Shown here: positions 25,201 to 38,000 of the stretch, one piece after another
Layout of the letters: each line of letters begins with the position of its first letter
Numbering within the stretch: position 1 is the stretch's first letter
DNA from: Haplodiscus bocki
Taxonomy: Eukaryota
Direction: 5' to 3'
Length of the DNA stretch: 64,000 nucleotides
Assembly (NCBI GenBank): GCA_965655095.1
Contig: OZ296651.1
Span: forward strand, 103,106,001 to 103,170,000
The notes under the pieces: model-generated
Seen by the model: the letters and a program-made list of their open reading frames with translations, nothing else
Told to the model about the DNA's origin: nothing
Databases searched by the model: none
Position numbers and translations under genes: made by a program

Positions 25201-26511
25201 ATTCCTGAAAATTCTACAGTGGCGCTCCTGGGTGGGCTCATCTCTGTTTTGATTTCCTCTTCTATCCTTTTATTCAAAATTATTCGTTTCACCAGTTTTT
25301 CGCCGTTCTATTATTCTCTGGTTCTTTTTCCCGATGGAGAGCGACGAAGACAACACCCCACAGCAGCAGCAGAAGGAAGGCGACACCGACCCAAGTGGTA
25401 AAAAGGAATGCCGAAAGTAATTGAATGGTACCGAAAGCCAGAAAAGTGGCTAAAAACGGAATTTTCCATTAGTAATAGATGACGAAAAGAACAAAAAGTG
25501 ATATTATTGGAAACGAGAGAAACGAATGACTAAAATGATTAACTCGATGAAAATACGCCCGAAGACGAACGAAAAAGTGAAGTGCAAGGCGCACAAAGTG
25601 AGCTGAAGTCTGGAGAACGGTTTGCTACTTTGCTGTCAACGGATAGAGTACGAGTCTTTGAGTCCGGGACTAAAGATTGCAGATTTACTTTATCAACCCT
25701 TGTTAGAGAGTCAGGGACTTTTTAACTCTAGATTGTGAGATTGTGATCCCCGATCATAGTTTGTTGTCGTTACAGAATTGGGAAGTTGGACTTCGCCAGA
25801 TTCTTTTTGAGATGATCGTCTTTAACGCCGTGAGACTCGGGTTAGAGAGTAATTTGGGCCCCAGCGGTGGCTGAACCGTGGATTAGTTAGAGATAGCAGT
25901 CCGGGACTGTTTTGCATCACTCCAAGAACGTTAGAGAAAGGCGGCGAGTTATTGAAATACAACTTATTTGTTGTCTCAGTCATTTGTTGGTTGAGTACCT
26001 TTCATTTCTGCTTTCGGGAATTATTCTTGTTGTTTAACCCCGTTTGATCTGATTTGTTTATTGGTTCTGTGAACAACATATTACTAAAAGTATTATCCAT
26101 TATTTAATTGATATCCAGTAATAAAAGTATTATTCAGTGAAAGATATTATTTAGCATGACTGTATTATTCTATTACTTTGTGTCATTTAATTAACTTTGA
26201 GATAGTTTCTCATGAGAGAGCATTTTTATTTTAACAGTCAAAGAGCTACGAGACACCCCTTAAAAGAAGAATCAAGACAGAAACGCGTTTCTTAGCGCAT
26301 CTTACCCCCACCGTCTCCGAATTATTAGACTTGTCTTTTCCTTCGGAGTTATAAATTTTTTTGTGGATGCTCCGCCGATCCCCCGTCTCGTGGATCCGGT
26401 ACACGTGTTTAAAGGAGTAGTAGTGGAGCAATTTAAAAAGAGAGTAGAAAAACTCCTCAGTGCTTCGATCCCTTTTTGGCGATTGTTAAAGCTACTTTTC
26501 AAAATTCTACA
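22204..26511 (+). mobile_element. Internally deleted LTR retrotransposon: long LTR to 25218, PBS, gag start, second diverged LTR part to 26511
   Basis: TG at 22204 and CA at 26510-26511, flanked by ATATC on both sides (22199-22203, 26512-26516). Both LTR parts end AAAATTCTACA and share AACAGTCAAAGAGCTACGAGACA and CCCCGTCTCGTGGA. Short ORF MESDEDNTPQQQQ follows the PBS. Confidence 0.7.
25220..25237 (+). promoter_or_regulatory. Primer binding site, tRNA-Asn type
   Basis: TGGCGCTCCTGGGTGGGC(TC) one base after the LTR end; differs at two positions from the complement of the vertebrate tRNA-Asn 3' end as I recall it (TGGCGTCCCTGGGTGGGCTC). Confidence 0.7.
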
Positions 26512-26775
26512 ATATCTCAAATAATCGCCCGATTTTCCAATAAGAAACTCCAATAAAAATTGCATCAAATTCTAAAAAAATGTTTCAAAACAAAACTTAC
26601 TTGGTGAAATTTCAATTTGAACATTGACTCTTACTGAAAATGAACTGCTGGTTACTTTTGTCGGCTAGTCCAACAATAACGAGACGTTTGGAAAATTGTA
26701 CCGTAACAATTTACTACAAAACCACTGAATAAAATTGAAAGTTTTGCATATGAACGGGGGAGTTCCACATCTTAC

Positions 26776-27048
26776 CGTTGATCCATCAGCATACTGCATT
26801 TCTCCATGTCCATCCATATGTCCTTTATGAAAATTTCCCTTGTAGGTCTGTTTGCCTCCCGGCCAGACTTTCATCCCTATCCCAGTGATCTCCCCCTTCT
26901 GGAAGTCTCCTTGGATGAAAGTGCCGTCCTTTAAGGTCAATGACCCATGGCCGTCCTTCTGGCCCTCCACCCACGTGCCCTGATACTGCGCATAGTTTTT
27001 GTAAGTGTAGTTGCCCAACCCATGTCTGAAATCGCCTCTTTTGTCACC
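26776..27048 (-). CDS. MORN1: MORN1-like exon (N-terminal MORN repeats)
   Basis: TTTTAG|GGT acceptor and ACG|GTAAG donor; 273 nt, phase 0-0. GHGSLTLKDGTFIQGDFQKGEITGIG resembles MORN1 [26 protein letters not shown]. Confidence 0.9.
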
Positions 27049-28054
27049 CTAAAACAAATTTGTGAATTATCATGGAAAACAGGAAATCCTGGCTGGCAAG
27101 CTGTTTATTTGGTCACCAAGTTTAATCAAGCTACCGTCGTTCATACGCGAACTTCAAAGTAAAAAAAACACTTGATCAACTTTTGTACAAAGTAAGCCTT
27201 CACCACCCCCAAAATCGTCTGCAAAAATTGTGTTTCTGACCGAACAATGAGAATATTGATCAAAAAGCTAAGCATAAAAATTGAGAAACTTCTGATGACA
27301 CCGTCATTAAATAAAAAATCGAACTCTTAATTATTCAATCTGCAGGAATTGCCCTTTGGAGAAACCACATGAACGCTTAAAATAGACAAGAAGTAGAAGT
27401 TTGTAACTTTCGAAGTATTAATTGCAAAATTTTCAGAGATTTTGCTTTAAACTACATGAAAATCTCAAACTTTTACTTTCACAGTCTTTCAATAGTTTTG
27501 CAAAATAAATTTTTGATAATTGGAAGTCTTGAAACATTAAATTCGAGCTGGTTGGAACATGTAAAAAATGGAAAGGTTGAAATCTTAGTTGGTTGAAACA
27601 GCTCAGTTTGAATAGTTAAGACCCAATTCTGATGTAACCTATTGAAATGGGGCAAATACAGTGTGTGAAAATTTTTTTCTATAACATTCTCGATTCCAAT
27701 TTAAAGTACAAAAGCAGATTGCTTAGAAAGTGCATCAGAGATGTTTCAGCACTCTTTAATTGAGTATAACACGTAATCTTTCAAGAAAGCATGACGTGGG
27801 GATCATCAATATGATGACGGGGATTTATTTAGAATTCTTTTAGGTGCACTGCCGTAAAAAATGCACATTTGTGAGGTTTTGCTTCTAATATTATGCCCCA
27901 AAATCTCAAAATGTCTGGTGGCAGTGTAGAGCATTCTTTGAGCACATCAACAGTTTTTTCTTGCTTTCTTGAAAAGTGAAATGTGGCGAAATGCAATGTA
28001 CGATGTCCTGTCGGATTTTTTTTCCGAAATACAAAAGTTCACAGTGAATTACTG

Positions 28055-28140
28055 CTCAACATGTTGATGTAGGATTAAAGAATTGAACCCAGGGACTCTC
28101 AACATGTTGATGTAGGAATAAAGAATTGAACCCAGGGACT
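28055..28140. repeat. 43-bp tandem duplication, 1 mismatch
   Basis: CTCAACATGTTGATGTAGGA(T/A)TAAAGAATTGAACCCAGGGACT twice. Confidence 0.95.
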
Positions 28141-29779
28141 TTTATTAGTATTTTTCATCAATTTGTTTGACAAATCCCTCAAACATTAATCGCTTCCCAC
28201 CTATAACGGCTGTATAATAACACGCTGTTCCTATATTTGGTCTGTCCAAAGGGTTTTCAAAGGACTGTAACTTTTCCTTTATTGGAATATTTCCCACTTT
28301 GGCTCTTTCCGAACTCGACTTTCACCACAATTTTCAAGTTTTCTTTGAGCTTTCAGCAATTTACAACTCTTTCCCCTTGAAACTTTGCCTGCCAGCTCTA
28401 GCATAAACAATTGTCCGTTAAAATATCGAGCATGAGATCAACTCAAGTCCGCTGAGTGGAATAATATCACAAACTTAACTTGAACATCAAATGTTTACAT
28501 AACTTATGATGCCATTAAACATCACATGAATCATGAATAAGTATTCATAAAATCAAAAACTGGATCTTTACAAGCTTGTTGGAGCAAGGCGTTATGATAG
28601 AAGCTGAAAACACTAAAATATTCCAAAGTTTTTAAAATTAAACAAAGTATATGGAACATCAGTTAGATAAACGTGACAAATGAGTGAGAAACGTGTTCTT
28701 TAGGCAGTGTAAAAATAGCAAATGAGAGGTATCAACATAAAATCCCTCAAACGAGGTGGGGTCATCAAAAATGGGCGAGATCAAACTTAACATCATGAGA
28801 GAGAAAAAAAACACAGAAAAAGAAAGTGAAATTATGCAAAACATCAAATTCACCATCGAAACAGCATTCTTTGAGAGTTCGAAAAAAATTGTTAAAATCG
28901 TAAACAGACAAACTCAATTTATCCTCGAAGCATCCAGGTACTGACTCGAGTATGAAATGGTAATGAATGGAATTTCAATTTCAGTATCGAATGATAAATT
29001 AAAGACAAATTGTCAGCGTCTTGAAAATTGATGCCTTTTCTCTAAATTTTACTGGAAATAAATACATTATCACAATCGTCGGCAAGCAGCAAACGGTTTA
29101 AAATGTTTGCAATTTTTGTGTTGGTATTCTGATTGGTAAACAAAAACACAGAGCACGGATTGAAAAGATAGGTCGCCCGAAAGCGAATCAACATTGTAAA
29201 CAGCGAGTTCCTCATTTTGGTTCCACCAAAAGGGCCGTAGGGCGCGGAAAAAAAGTTTTGAGTCGGATTCAGCTGAAACCTAATTGGTCTAAATAATTAG
29301 GTTACAAGACAAAATTAAGCCCATAGCACCACTTTACCTTGAGAAATGGCTCTATGACAGTCAGGGTAGGGACGAAGGTAGAATTCGCCTTTTTAAAAAC
29401 TCCTAAGGGCCAAAAGACGCTATAATGCACCGTATTGATAATATCAGATGCAAGACATGTTTATAGCATTCTATGGAGTTGAACTGATATATCATATCTG
29501 TAATTGAAAAGTGAAATTTTTCAAGTTCTTGAGTTTTGCAATAACCGACCAAAACACCACCGAGTACCAGTAACTCCAACAAAATTTTTAGCCCCATTCT
29601 TTCGAATTGATTAGTTTTACTCATTATCATATATTTTCAGTTTTACGTTCAAAAGCAGTGGCTTTCGATATGCAACCCTTGCAGTAAGATGGTTGGTTTT
29701 GCTAAATTTCGAAGTTCTGTGACACGGAACTCCAACAATTTGACTTGTGGAATTTTTTCAGTGGAGTTCAACCCCATTT

Positions 29780-30670
29780 CACAAAAACAATTTTTGCAAA
29801 ACTCTTGCAAAAATTCCGGCAATCAATATAACTTTTGCAAAGTTCTCGTGAAACTTCATATCTTGCAAGATTGGTGAATTTGAAAGTAAATCTTGCAATT
29901 TTTTTGCAGCATTCTTGCAACACTTTCTCATTTCTTTCAAAGTTTTTGCATCGTGTTTCTTGAATCTTACAAGAAATGCATTTTTTGTAAAAACCTTGCA
30001 AGATCTTGCAAGAAGTAATTTAGGATACACACATTACCTTCCGATAATTTATGCATTTCAACAAAAAGCAGGCATAATCAACCGTTAGAGGTAAAATTTG
30101 ATAAACTTTACACGAAGTGAACGTATTTTGTAATCGAACCTGCTTAAATTCATCAAGAATAAGGAATTTTTTGAAATCATAGGTTTTGTAATGGCCTAAT
30201 TTGTCTGAAAAGAAATACAAAATGAGGCAATTTTTCTCCAAAGTTACTTCAATTCGTTTTTTGGATAAGAATATTCTTGTCGTATTCTCAAACGACGAGA
30301 AACGCTTGGTCTTGAATTGATTGTTAGATTCTTTCTACAAGTTTGTAGAGGAAAACACGAAAGTTAAAAATTATCTGATACGCTTAGTGCGATAACAAAA
30401 CATTGTGTTCAAGATTCGTCCAAACTGAATACAATTCTTACGAAATAATTTGCAAGAGTGACGTGTTTTTTGCAAAAATTTTATTAAGATTCTTGCAAGA
30501 TGTTGCAAAAGTTTTTGCAATAATTTTGTAAGAGTTGCAGTTTTTCTCAAATTGGGAATTCTTGGTTTTCTTGGCTCATGGAAGCATTCTTGTTCACATT
30601 TTGTTGGTTTAGTTTTTTGATGGACACTTCTGCAGCGATTCGGTAATTTTTCGGGGCTTCCTTGCAAGGC
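29780..30670. repeat. Decayed repeat rich in (C/T)TTGCAA(G/A) palindromes
   Basis: Many TTGCAA cores clustered at 29790-30012 and 30445-30670. Confidence 0.5.
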
Positions 30671-31008
30671 CGTTACTGATTACCCAGCAATTTATTGAGG
30701 TGACTAACAATTGCTCTGATAATTTAGTAGTACTGATTACTGAAGGAAGCAATTCCACAATTTGCCTCCGTAATCGGTAAAGTGTTCGACTCTCAAGCAA
30801 TTGACGTCAGGTCAACTCTCAATTGCGTCAACTCAATTGAATTCGGAAACAAGACGGCCGACAACACCGGCTTATTTTTCGCCCAACTACAAATAATTTG
30901 ATCAACTTTTGCAGCTGGTTAGAAACTAAACTACTGTTTTGAATTTAGTTTTCAAAGGTTTTCTCACAAATATCAATTTCACCGCTGATTTCTGTACTTT
31001 ATTCAGAA

Positions 31009-31885
31009 GAGTATCACGATTTTCCATTGAAAATTTTTCGTCTCACAGTGCCAAAAATTTCGTAGAGGAACCCTTCTGTGTTGCAGAAAAGTTCTGGTAT
31101 CACAAAATTTTATGGATAAGAGAAGGGAGGGGGAGAGAGGGAGTATCACGATTTTCCGTCGAAAATTTGTTGTCTCAGTACCGGAAAAAATTCGTAGAGG
31201 AACCCTTCTGTGTTGCAGAAAACTTCTGGTATTGCGAAATTTTATGGATAAGAGGGGAGGGGTGGGAGGGAGCATCACAATTTTACGTCAAATTTTTTTG
31301 GTCTCACACTGCCGAAAAATTTTGTAGGCAACCCTTTAGAGTTCCACTAATTTGGAGTATCAAAAATTTATGCATAAGAGGGATATATCAAGATTTTCTG
31401 TCGAAAATTTGTTGTCTCACAGTACAGAAAAACTTCGTAGGGGAACCCTTGTGTTTCGAAAAATTTCCGGTATCGAAAAATTTTATAAGAGGGGAGGGGA
31501 GGGAGGGAGCATCACACAATTTTACGTCAAATTTTTTTGGTCTCACACTGCCGAAAAATTTTGTAGGCAACCCTTTAGAATTCCACTAATTTGGAGTATC
31601 GAAAATTTATGCATAGGAGGGGTATATCAAGATTTTCTGTCGAAATTGCTTTGTCTCACAGTACCGAAAACTTGCGTAGCGTAACCTTTGAGTGTTTCGT
31701 TGATGTCGGGTATCGAAAAATGTTAGGGATGAGAGAGGGGGCGTGTATCACGATTTTCCATCGAAATCTTTCTGTCTCACAGTACTGAAAAATTTCGTAG
31801 GGGAACCCTTCCTGATTTCAGAAAAATTCTGGTATCGAAACCTTCCATGCATAAGAGGGGGGTGGCGTTATCACGATTTTCCGTC
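31009..31885. repeat. Tandem array, about 7 units of ~110-130 bp with a higher-order dimer
   Basis: Repeating TATCACGATTTT..GTCTCACAGT..AAAAATTTCGTAG.GGAACCCTT..GGTATC..ATAAGAGGG; ~31270-31410 closely matches ~31508-31650. Confidence 0.9.
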
Positions 31886-31904
31886 GTAATATTTAAGTTT
31901 AAAA

Positions 31905-32095
31905 ATGTAGGTAGAAGCGGAGATTCGAGCCCGTACTTACCGCTTCAAAAACCTGTTGTTCTACCACTGTGCCATAGGAACCATTGGAATGGAATTTCTG
32001 ACAAACGTCAGTGAATTCATAAAATCATTTGGCACGACAAAGACCCGAACCCCGGACCTACTGCTTGAGAACCTTGTTGTCCTAACCCTACTGTT
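31905..32095 (-). other. Two degenerate tRNA-derived (SINE-head-like) modules
   Basis: Minus strand TGGCACAGTGGTAGAACAACAGG..GGGCTCGAATCTC and GGGTTAGGACAACAAGG..GGGGTTCGGGTC: A/B-box-like motifs, no convincing acceptor stem. Confidence 0.45.
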
Positions 32096-34538
32096 GTCGT
32101 TTATTTTTGAGTAGAAAGAGTTGGCAATCTTGGTTTGAAAAAAAAAGAAAAACGACTCTACTGAATGAATAATTTTTCTTGCATATTACATATGCGGCGA
32201 AAAATAGTAAATAATTCACATGTCTAAAACAGCGCCACTCTTCCGGAGTTCGAAGACGCTTCACACCAAACAGTATACTGTATAAAAGTATATGTTAAGG
32301 AAAGCCATTGTAGAGTCTAATTGCGGCTGATGCTGATGTTTCTTAAGTAGTATCTATCACTGTTGTTATTTTTAGTCGACTCTTGTGTACAAGGCTTTTC
32401 CTTCAAGTTGAACGAACTGGCGAATTCGAATGCGAGATAGTCCTGCGTGAATAATTGACCTGTTTTAGAACATTTCATGAAATTCTCCAGGGTGAGATTT
32501 ATTCTTTTCCACCCATATTCAAATCATCTACTCAACGCGACCATCTTTTCACTTTTACTTTCCATTCGGAATTTTGAATTTTCTAACCATCAAGTTATTG
32601 CAAATTTAACGTAGAATGCGACTGAAATAGTTAGGTTTTTCGAATACGTACAAAATGAGCTTTTCAAAAAAAACATGTTTTCTTAATAAAAAGGTATAGG
32701 TGGCAAACGTGTAGAATTCGTATAAAAGGTGGTCTTTTTTCCACCTAAATTGAGTTTTTTTGCGAAAAATCAGAAAATTTGGAAAAATTTGAAAACTTCC
32801 TGAAGTAACCCTTTTAAAAGGCATCTTTAAAAATCGGAGGGTGGAAAATATGCCGGTGGTAACCGGCCGTCTTGTTTAATTCATCACCTTGGCAAAACAA
32901 AAGCAAGTTTAGGGCTCTTTTTCCAAAAATAGAAAAATGCTGGAAGAAAACAGTTAAAGTTTTTTCAATGACTTTTTGAAGACTTTATTGATGTTGCTTG
33001 TTTCGAAATTCAACCATGATTGAAAAAGTCACGACAGCCTTAGTTTTAGTTAATTAGGCCGTTTTCCCTTTACAAAAATTTCAACACCCAAGAATTATAC
33101 AGAAAAAAATTTGAGAAGGTTTTCACCATTTTTTACATCGCAAAACTCTGCTCTTACAGTTGTAGATTACAGTTGTATTCAAAAAAATTGGTAGTTTCAA
33201 AATTTTTGGATCTTGATCCGATATCATATTTGAAGCTGCATGCAGATTTTGAAAGATTTTTGATCTTTCGTGAACTTCTTACAAAATTTTATAAAAAGCA
33301 TCTAAAATTTTACATGCGCTGCAGAATGACTGCAACATGTAAAATTTTGAAATTTTTTGATGCACTCCGCACACAATGTATGCATTTTCTATGCAACATA
33401 CAGAACTTTTTTCAAGTTTCTGTAAACGCATATAACAGACAAACTTCCTCGAAAATCAACACACTTTTTGGTCTGTGTTTTTGCGTGAGTATTTGCGTAC
33501 GAATTCTATATATTTGAACATGTAGAGTGTGGCACAGAGATTCCACAAAAATGGTTACAAAATAAATATTTGCCATAACTATTTTTTTCGTATATTTTCC
33601 CTCAAAACTATTTTTCAGGAAAATTTAATGGCAAATCTTTTTGCAACAAGATGCGGAATCATTTTTCAGCGTTTATCTATATTTTTCGGGAATAGTATAA
33701 CGTTTTGCGATAACAAGAAAATAATTGTTCTATGGATTGTATAATGAAAGCCCCCTACTTTGCAATAAGTATCAAACTATGTTATTTATGTACTTATATC
33801 CCCCAAACACGTTTGATCAAGGTTACAAACCACAAATTATTTTCTGCTGCTTGCAATTATTTTCTATGAGCAAAACATCTATCGGTTTGCTAGATTTTGT
33901 TAATTGGAATCATGCAATAAATATCAATTTGAGTTTAACTATATCACCTGGGCATAATTCTGTGGTCCCTGGTGTAATTAAAACCGACAGTTTTCTATCG
34001 TTTTTACTGAAGGAAAGACCTCTTTCAGTAAAAAATATTACTGAGAAATTTGACGAGGTTAAGACAGCAGAGCCAAATCAATTTCGAGTTGTTTAAACAG
34101 GTAAGAAGCAACAAAAGTTGGGACAAGTTGGCATATTGATTCAAGTGTTGGACTGCGTATCTGGTACGATCTACATGTGCGGGTTCGAATCTCTTCTGCC
34201 AAAAAATTTTGCATGTTGCATGGATTGTTTCTATTATTTTTCAATGCATGCTCTCTGAATTTTCTATGTTTCATCAAAATTTTTGCCCACACTCATCGAA
34301 GCAACATGGAAAACTTCCATGTTTTCCCTCGACTAGGGTTTTTTATCAGGTATAAACTTTTGTAGTATTGAAATTTTATCAAGTTTCTAGGAAAATATTG
34401 AGTCTCTGCCTTATTTTGAAAGGAGTTTAGTTCCTCAAGTTCTGAGATTTTAAAAACGCAAAACTTTCTGTGAAGGTGCGTGTTTTATTTTATCGCTCTA
34501 AAATTAAACTAAGTATTTTGTGTTTTTCCAACTTTCGT

Positions 34539-35081
34539 GGGTTGAAACCTCAGAGATACTCAGTGCTAAGCAGCGCTGTTTCGAAGCTGATAGGTTATGA
34601 TTTTCTCTGAATCAGGGCTGTGCAGAACTGAAAATTTTTGCGATGATTAACACTTACAGCGCTGTTTCAAAGAGAATCAGCTCTGAATCAGCTCTGTTCA
34701 GCGCTGATTTTTCTAGCTCCGAAAACCGGTTTTATAGCGCTGGACAGCGTTGATTCAGCGCTGATGCTCTCTGAAGCAGCTCTGATACCTACACGTGTAA
34801 ATGATACAATCAAAATAAGATAACGCAATCGAAACATGATAGAAATGCATGAAGTGAATACTGAATAGGTACTCCAGGATTTTAAAAATAGTAATTTCCT
34901 TGAAAATGTTCTTGCGCATCAACGCTGTTCAGTGCTAATTTTGTTGTTCTGAAAAAAATTATTTTCAGCTCTGATTAGAGGTCAATCGGCACTGTAGAGA
35001 GCTTTTCAGGTTTCACTTCTAAATCATAACTGAAACAGCACTAGTCAGCGCTGATAGTTTCTGAATCAGAGACTTCAACGC
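34539..35081. mobile_element. MITE-like element rich in CAGCGCTG / ATCAGCTCTGA motifs; partial second copy ~42670-42836
   Basis: Ends GGGTTGAAACCTCAGA / GAGACTTCAACGC; the second copy ends TCTGTGAGACTTGAACCC. Confidence 0.55.
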
Positions 35082-38000
35082 GGCTCACTGAGGATCTATT
35101 AATCCTCCTCCTCCCCCCCCCCCCCCCCAATGAAATAGCGGTTGACGCATGAACTTTACACCATTATTTCTTCACAAGTGACGCGACGTCGGTTATTATT
35201 GAAGCAAAGCGTATAATGCTACTTCAATGCTGCGAAATGAACTTTGCATTATTAAACGATGACAGGTAAAATTAACTACGCTGCATTCTAAAACTTGTGG
35301 GATCAAGTTCAAAATTCCCCCGCCCCTCCCCCGCCTACACGTAGTTCAAAATCACCACCACACGCGCGCCACAATCGAGATGAAATTCAATACGGCAGCC
35401 TAACCTACGTCATTATCTTCAACCCTCTGCAATTTGAGGGGGAGATTGGGGAAACCGGTTCGAATGTACAAATGCTTGCGTATACGAAAAACATTTGTAA
35501 AATCCACGCCAACTCTGAATATGTATACCCAGTGATGTACATTCAAAGAATTATTTAAAGTATCCTTTAAAGCATACTATAAATTTTTATCCCCTTTTTA
35601 ATGCAATACTTCATAGGAAATTTCTAAGTAATACTTTTTACTATCAAAAAAATCGGAACGACCCGGGATCGAACTCTGGACCAACATATTGATGAAGCTG
35701 AGTCACGAAAAAAGAATTCACAAGAAGTTCTGAATAAAAATGTATATCACTGAATATACCGGAAAAATATTGGAAGGTATTCATTTTTGTGATACCAATA
35801 TAGCATATAACAAAAAAAATCGGAAAGGCGAATTTCAATGCACCGGAGATATTGTAAAATCACGGCCACATTTTTGTAATACCTTGTCTGCGTTTTGAAA
35901 TATATTCCCGAAAACACAGATACAAAAAATTGTTGTTTTTCATAATAAGATAAATGAATTGCTCAAAAATGCAGAGCAAATGATGGCGTAGACTTGCGAG
36001 ATTAGTGTATTTTGAAAATTTGAATTTATCCGGAAAAATATCGAAAACATCAAGGAGTTCCCTAAACTTTTTCTCAAACCTTACGTACAGGCAGCTTCTA
36101 CTCTCGCCATTCTTTGGTTATTTTCAGTCGAAGTTTAATTAAACGGAATTTCCGACTATTACAGTGGCTCAATTTTTCTCTAAAGATAGTAAAGAGACCA
36201 ATTTTAGCCTGAAACCAATTCAAATTTCGCTGAAGCGTGGTATGATTTAGTTCTTTCATGACCCAGTTGATCGCACAAGTCGCTGACCAAAAACTTTCCA
36301 TTGCAGGAACACAGGACAGAGCGTTGATCTTGGGCTTTGAGCATAGGAACGACGATTATAATCATCGCTGTATGAAGCTAATGAGAAATTTTAGGCAAAA
36401 CTTGGACTAAAGTATTTCTAAAACATGAGAAGGAACAGCCCCACTGCTGCAACTTAAGGCTTGACATCGAAACCGAGTTCAAGGCCTTTTCATATATGCT
36501 AACCGAGGCTTCACTGCTGCTCATTTTTGATGATCTTGAGGGAAGCTAAAGGACATTAAGGAACAAAGAAAGAGAAAAGTAACCATAGCAGATAGAACTT
36601 CAAAGACAACATTTTTTAACAAATCGCTTAAAAACCAAATACTTTTTAGGCAAAGCAGTCAATTTTTGCAAAATTTTGAGTTTCTCCGACCTCTTATCTA
36701 CAGCCAGTTTGATTTCTATGCGTATCATCAGCATTTCATTGTCAAAAAATGATACATGAGCTTTTTTCTGTCCACTTCTACAAATTTTCCGCTATACGTT
36801 TAGTTCTCAGAGAAAAATTTGACTTCAAGTGTTTTTGGCGGTTTGATTTTTGTACGAAGTAGTGTACAAGTGGTGTACATTATCATTCATGGTACTTAAT
36901 GGCGTTACATAATGTTGCAAAATATTGCATTCGAGGTTAATGTTTCTGACTCCGAAATGCGTTTCTCCAGAAAAATCCAACACCAAAAAAATCACAATTA
37001 TCGGGGAAAAGTATTTGAGAGTGGAGAAAGACAAAATACAAAATCAGGGTACTGACATATGAACTTTGAAACTTAGGCATGGCAAAACATGTCAGTAAGT
37101 CTGCAAAAAAAACCCAAATTGCGCAAAGTAATTTGCACACGGGTCTAGGTCGATTGATTAAAAATTGGAAATCTCCTGTCCTTTGCTTGCTTTTCAATGA
37201 AGCAAACAACCGTAAGCGCTTCCAAAAAAGTTCCATACCCTTCTGAAATTCGAGGTGTGCTGCCATTCCCTTCAAAAAGAGACGAAAGATACGAAGCATT
37301 TGGAGAGCCTCTCCAAACTACGGCCTCCAGAAGCTTCAAAAAACATAAGAAAAAATAACTTGAAGGAGGCCAGCAAAAAATTAGGAGGATCAATGAGTCG
37401 TTGAAGAAAAAATTGAAAGAGAAAAACTACAATTCAGATTTATCCGAAAGCTCCCTTAATTTGACTTCTTCGCTGGAGGAATTACCATGAAAAGAGCAGA
37501 ACATCTTTGGTTCCTGAATGGATTTTGAAAAAATTTCGAACTGCCGAAAATGAAAAGTTTGTGTCAACTAGGTCGGAAGCACATGCTAGGAACTGAAATC
37601 TCGTGAAAAAGTTACAAAGATCTGGTATTTTAATTGATTTTTCAAGAAGTTTTTGGCCAAACAAAGCTATACCACCATGCAATTCTAACTGAAAATAAGA
37701 TAGTGACGTTTAGCTGCCGAAAAGGAGACCTCAAGGTTCTATTACCAGCCTATAAAAACACCAATGTATCTCATCTCGTAAAAATCGCGAACTTTTTTGT
37801 TAAAATTTCTCCACCAGAAAAATCCGAAAAATATCGGATTTCCGGACCATGAAAACCTTGAAGTTGTCGTATGACCTCTTCAGTAAAAGTTAAGGTGGAA
37901 AGCGCGTACATTTCCGTCTCGTAGTTACTAAAAGTTATTAAAAATCAGCATCAAATTTTTCACGAATTTGTCAGGTTCAATTATTATAGCCACACAAAAA

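Larger units (their letters stand above)
30847..32877. mobile_element. ~2-kb non-autonomous TIR element carrying a tandem array and tRNA-like modules
   Basis: AAACAAGACGGCCG..AC.ACCGGC.TATTTT..CCC at 30847 and its inverse ending CGGCCGTCTTGTTT at 32877. Confidence 0.7.

Noticed and set aside
30939-31788. Overlapping ORFs up to 216 aa
   Set aside because: They are translations of the tandem array with no protein-family signal.
34121-34200. tRNA gene (GGTTCGAATC B-box); similar fragment on the minus strand at ~35650-35710
   Set aside because: No coherent cloverleaf or acceptor stem; at most decayed SINE heads.
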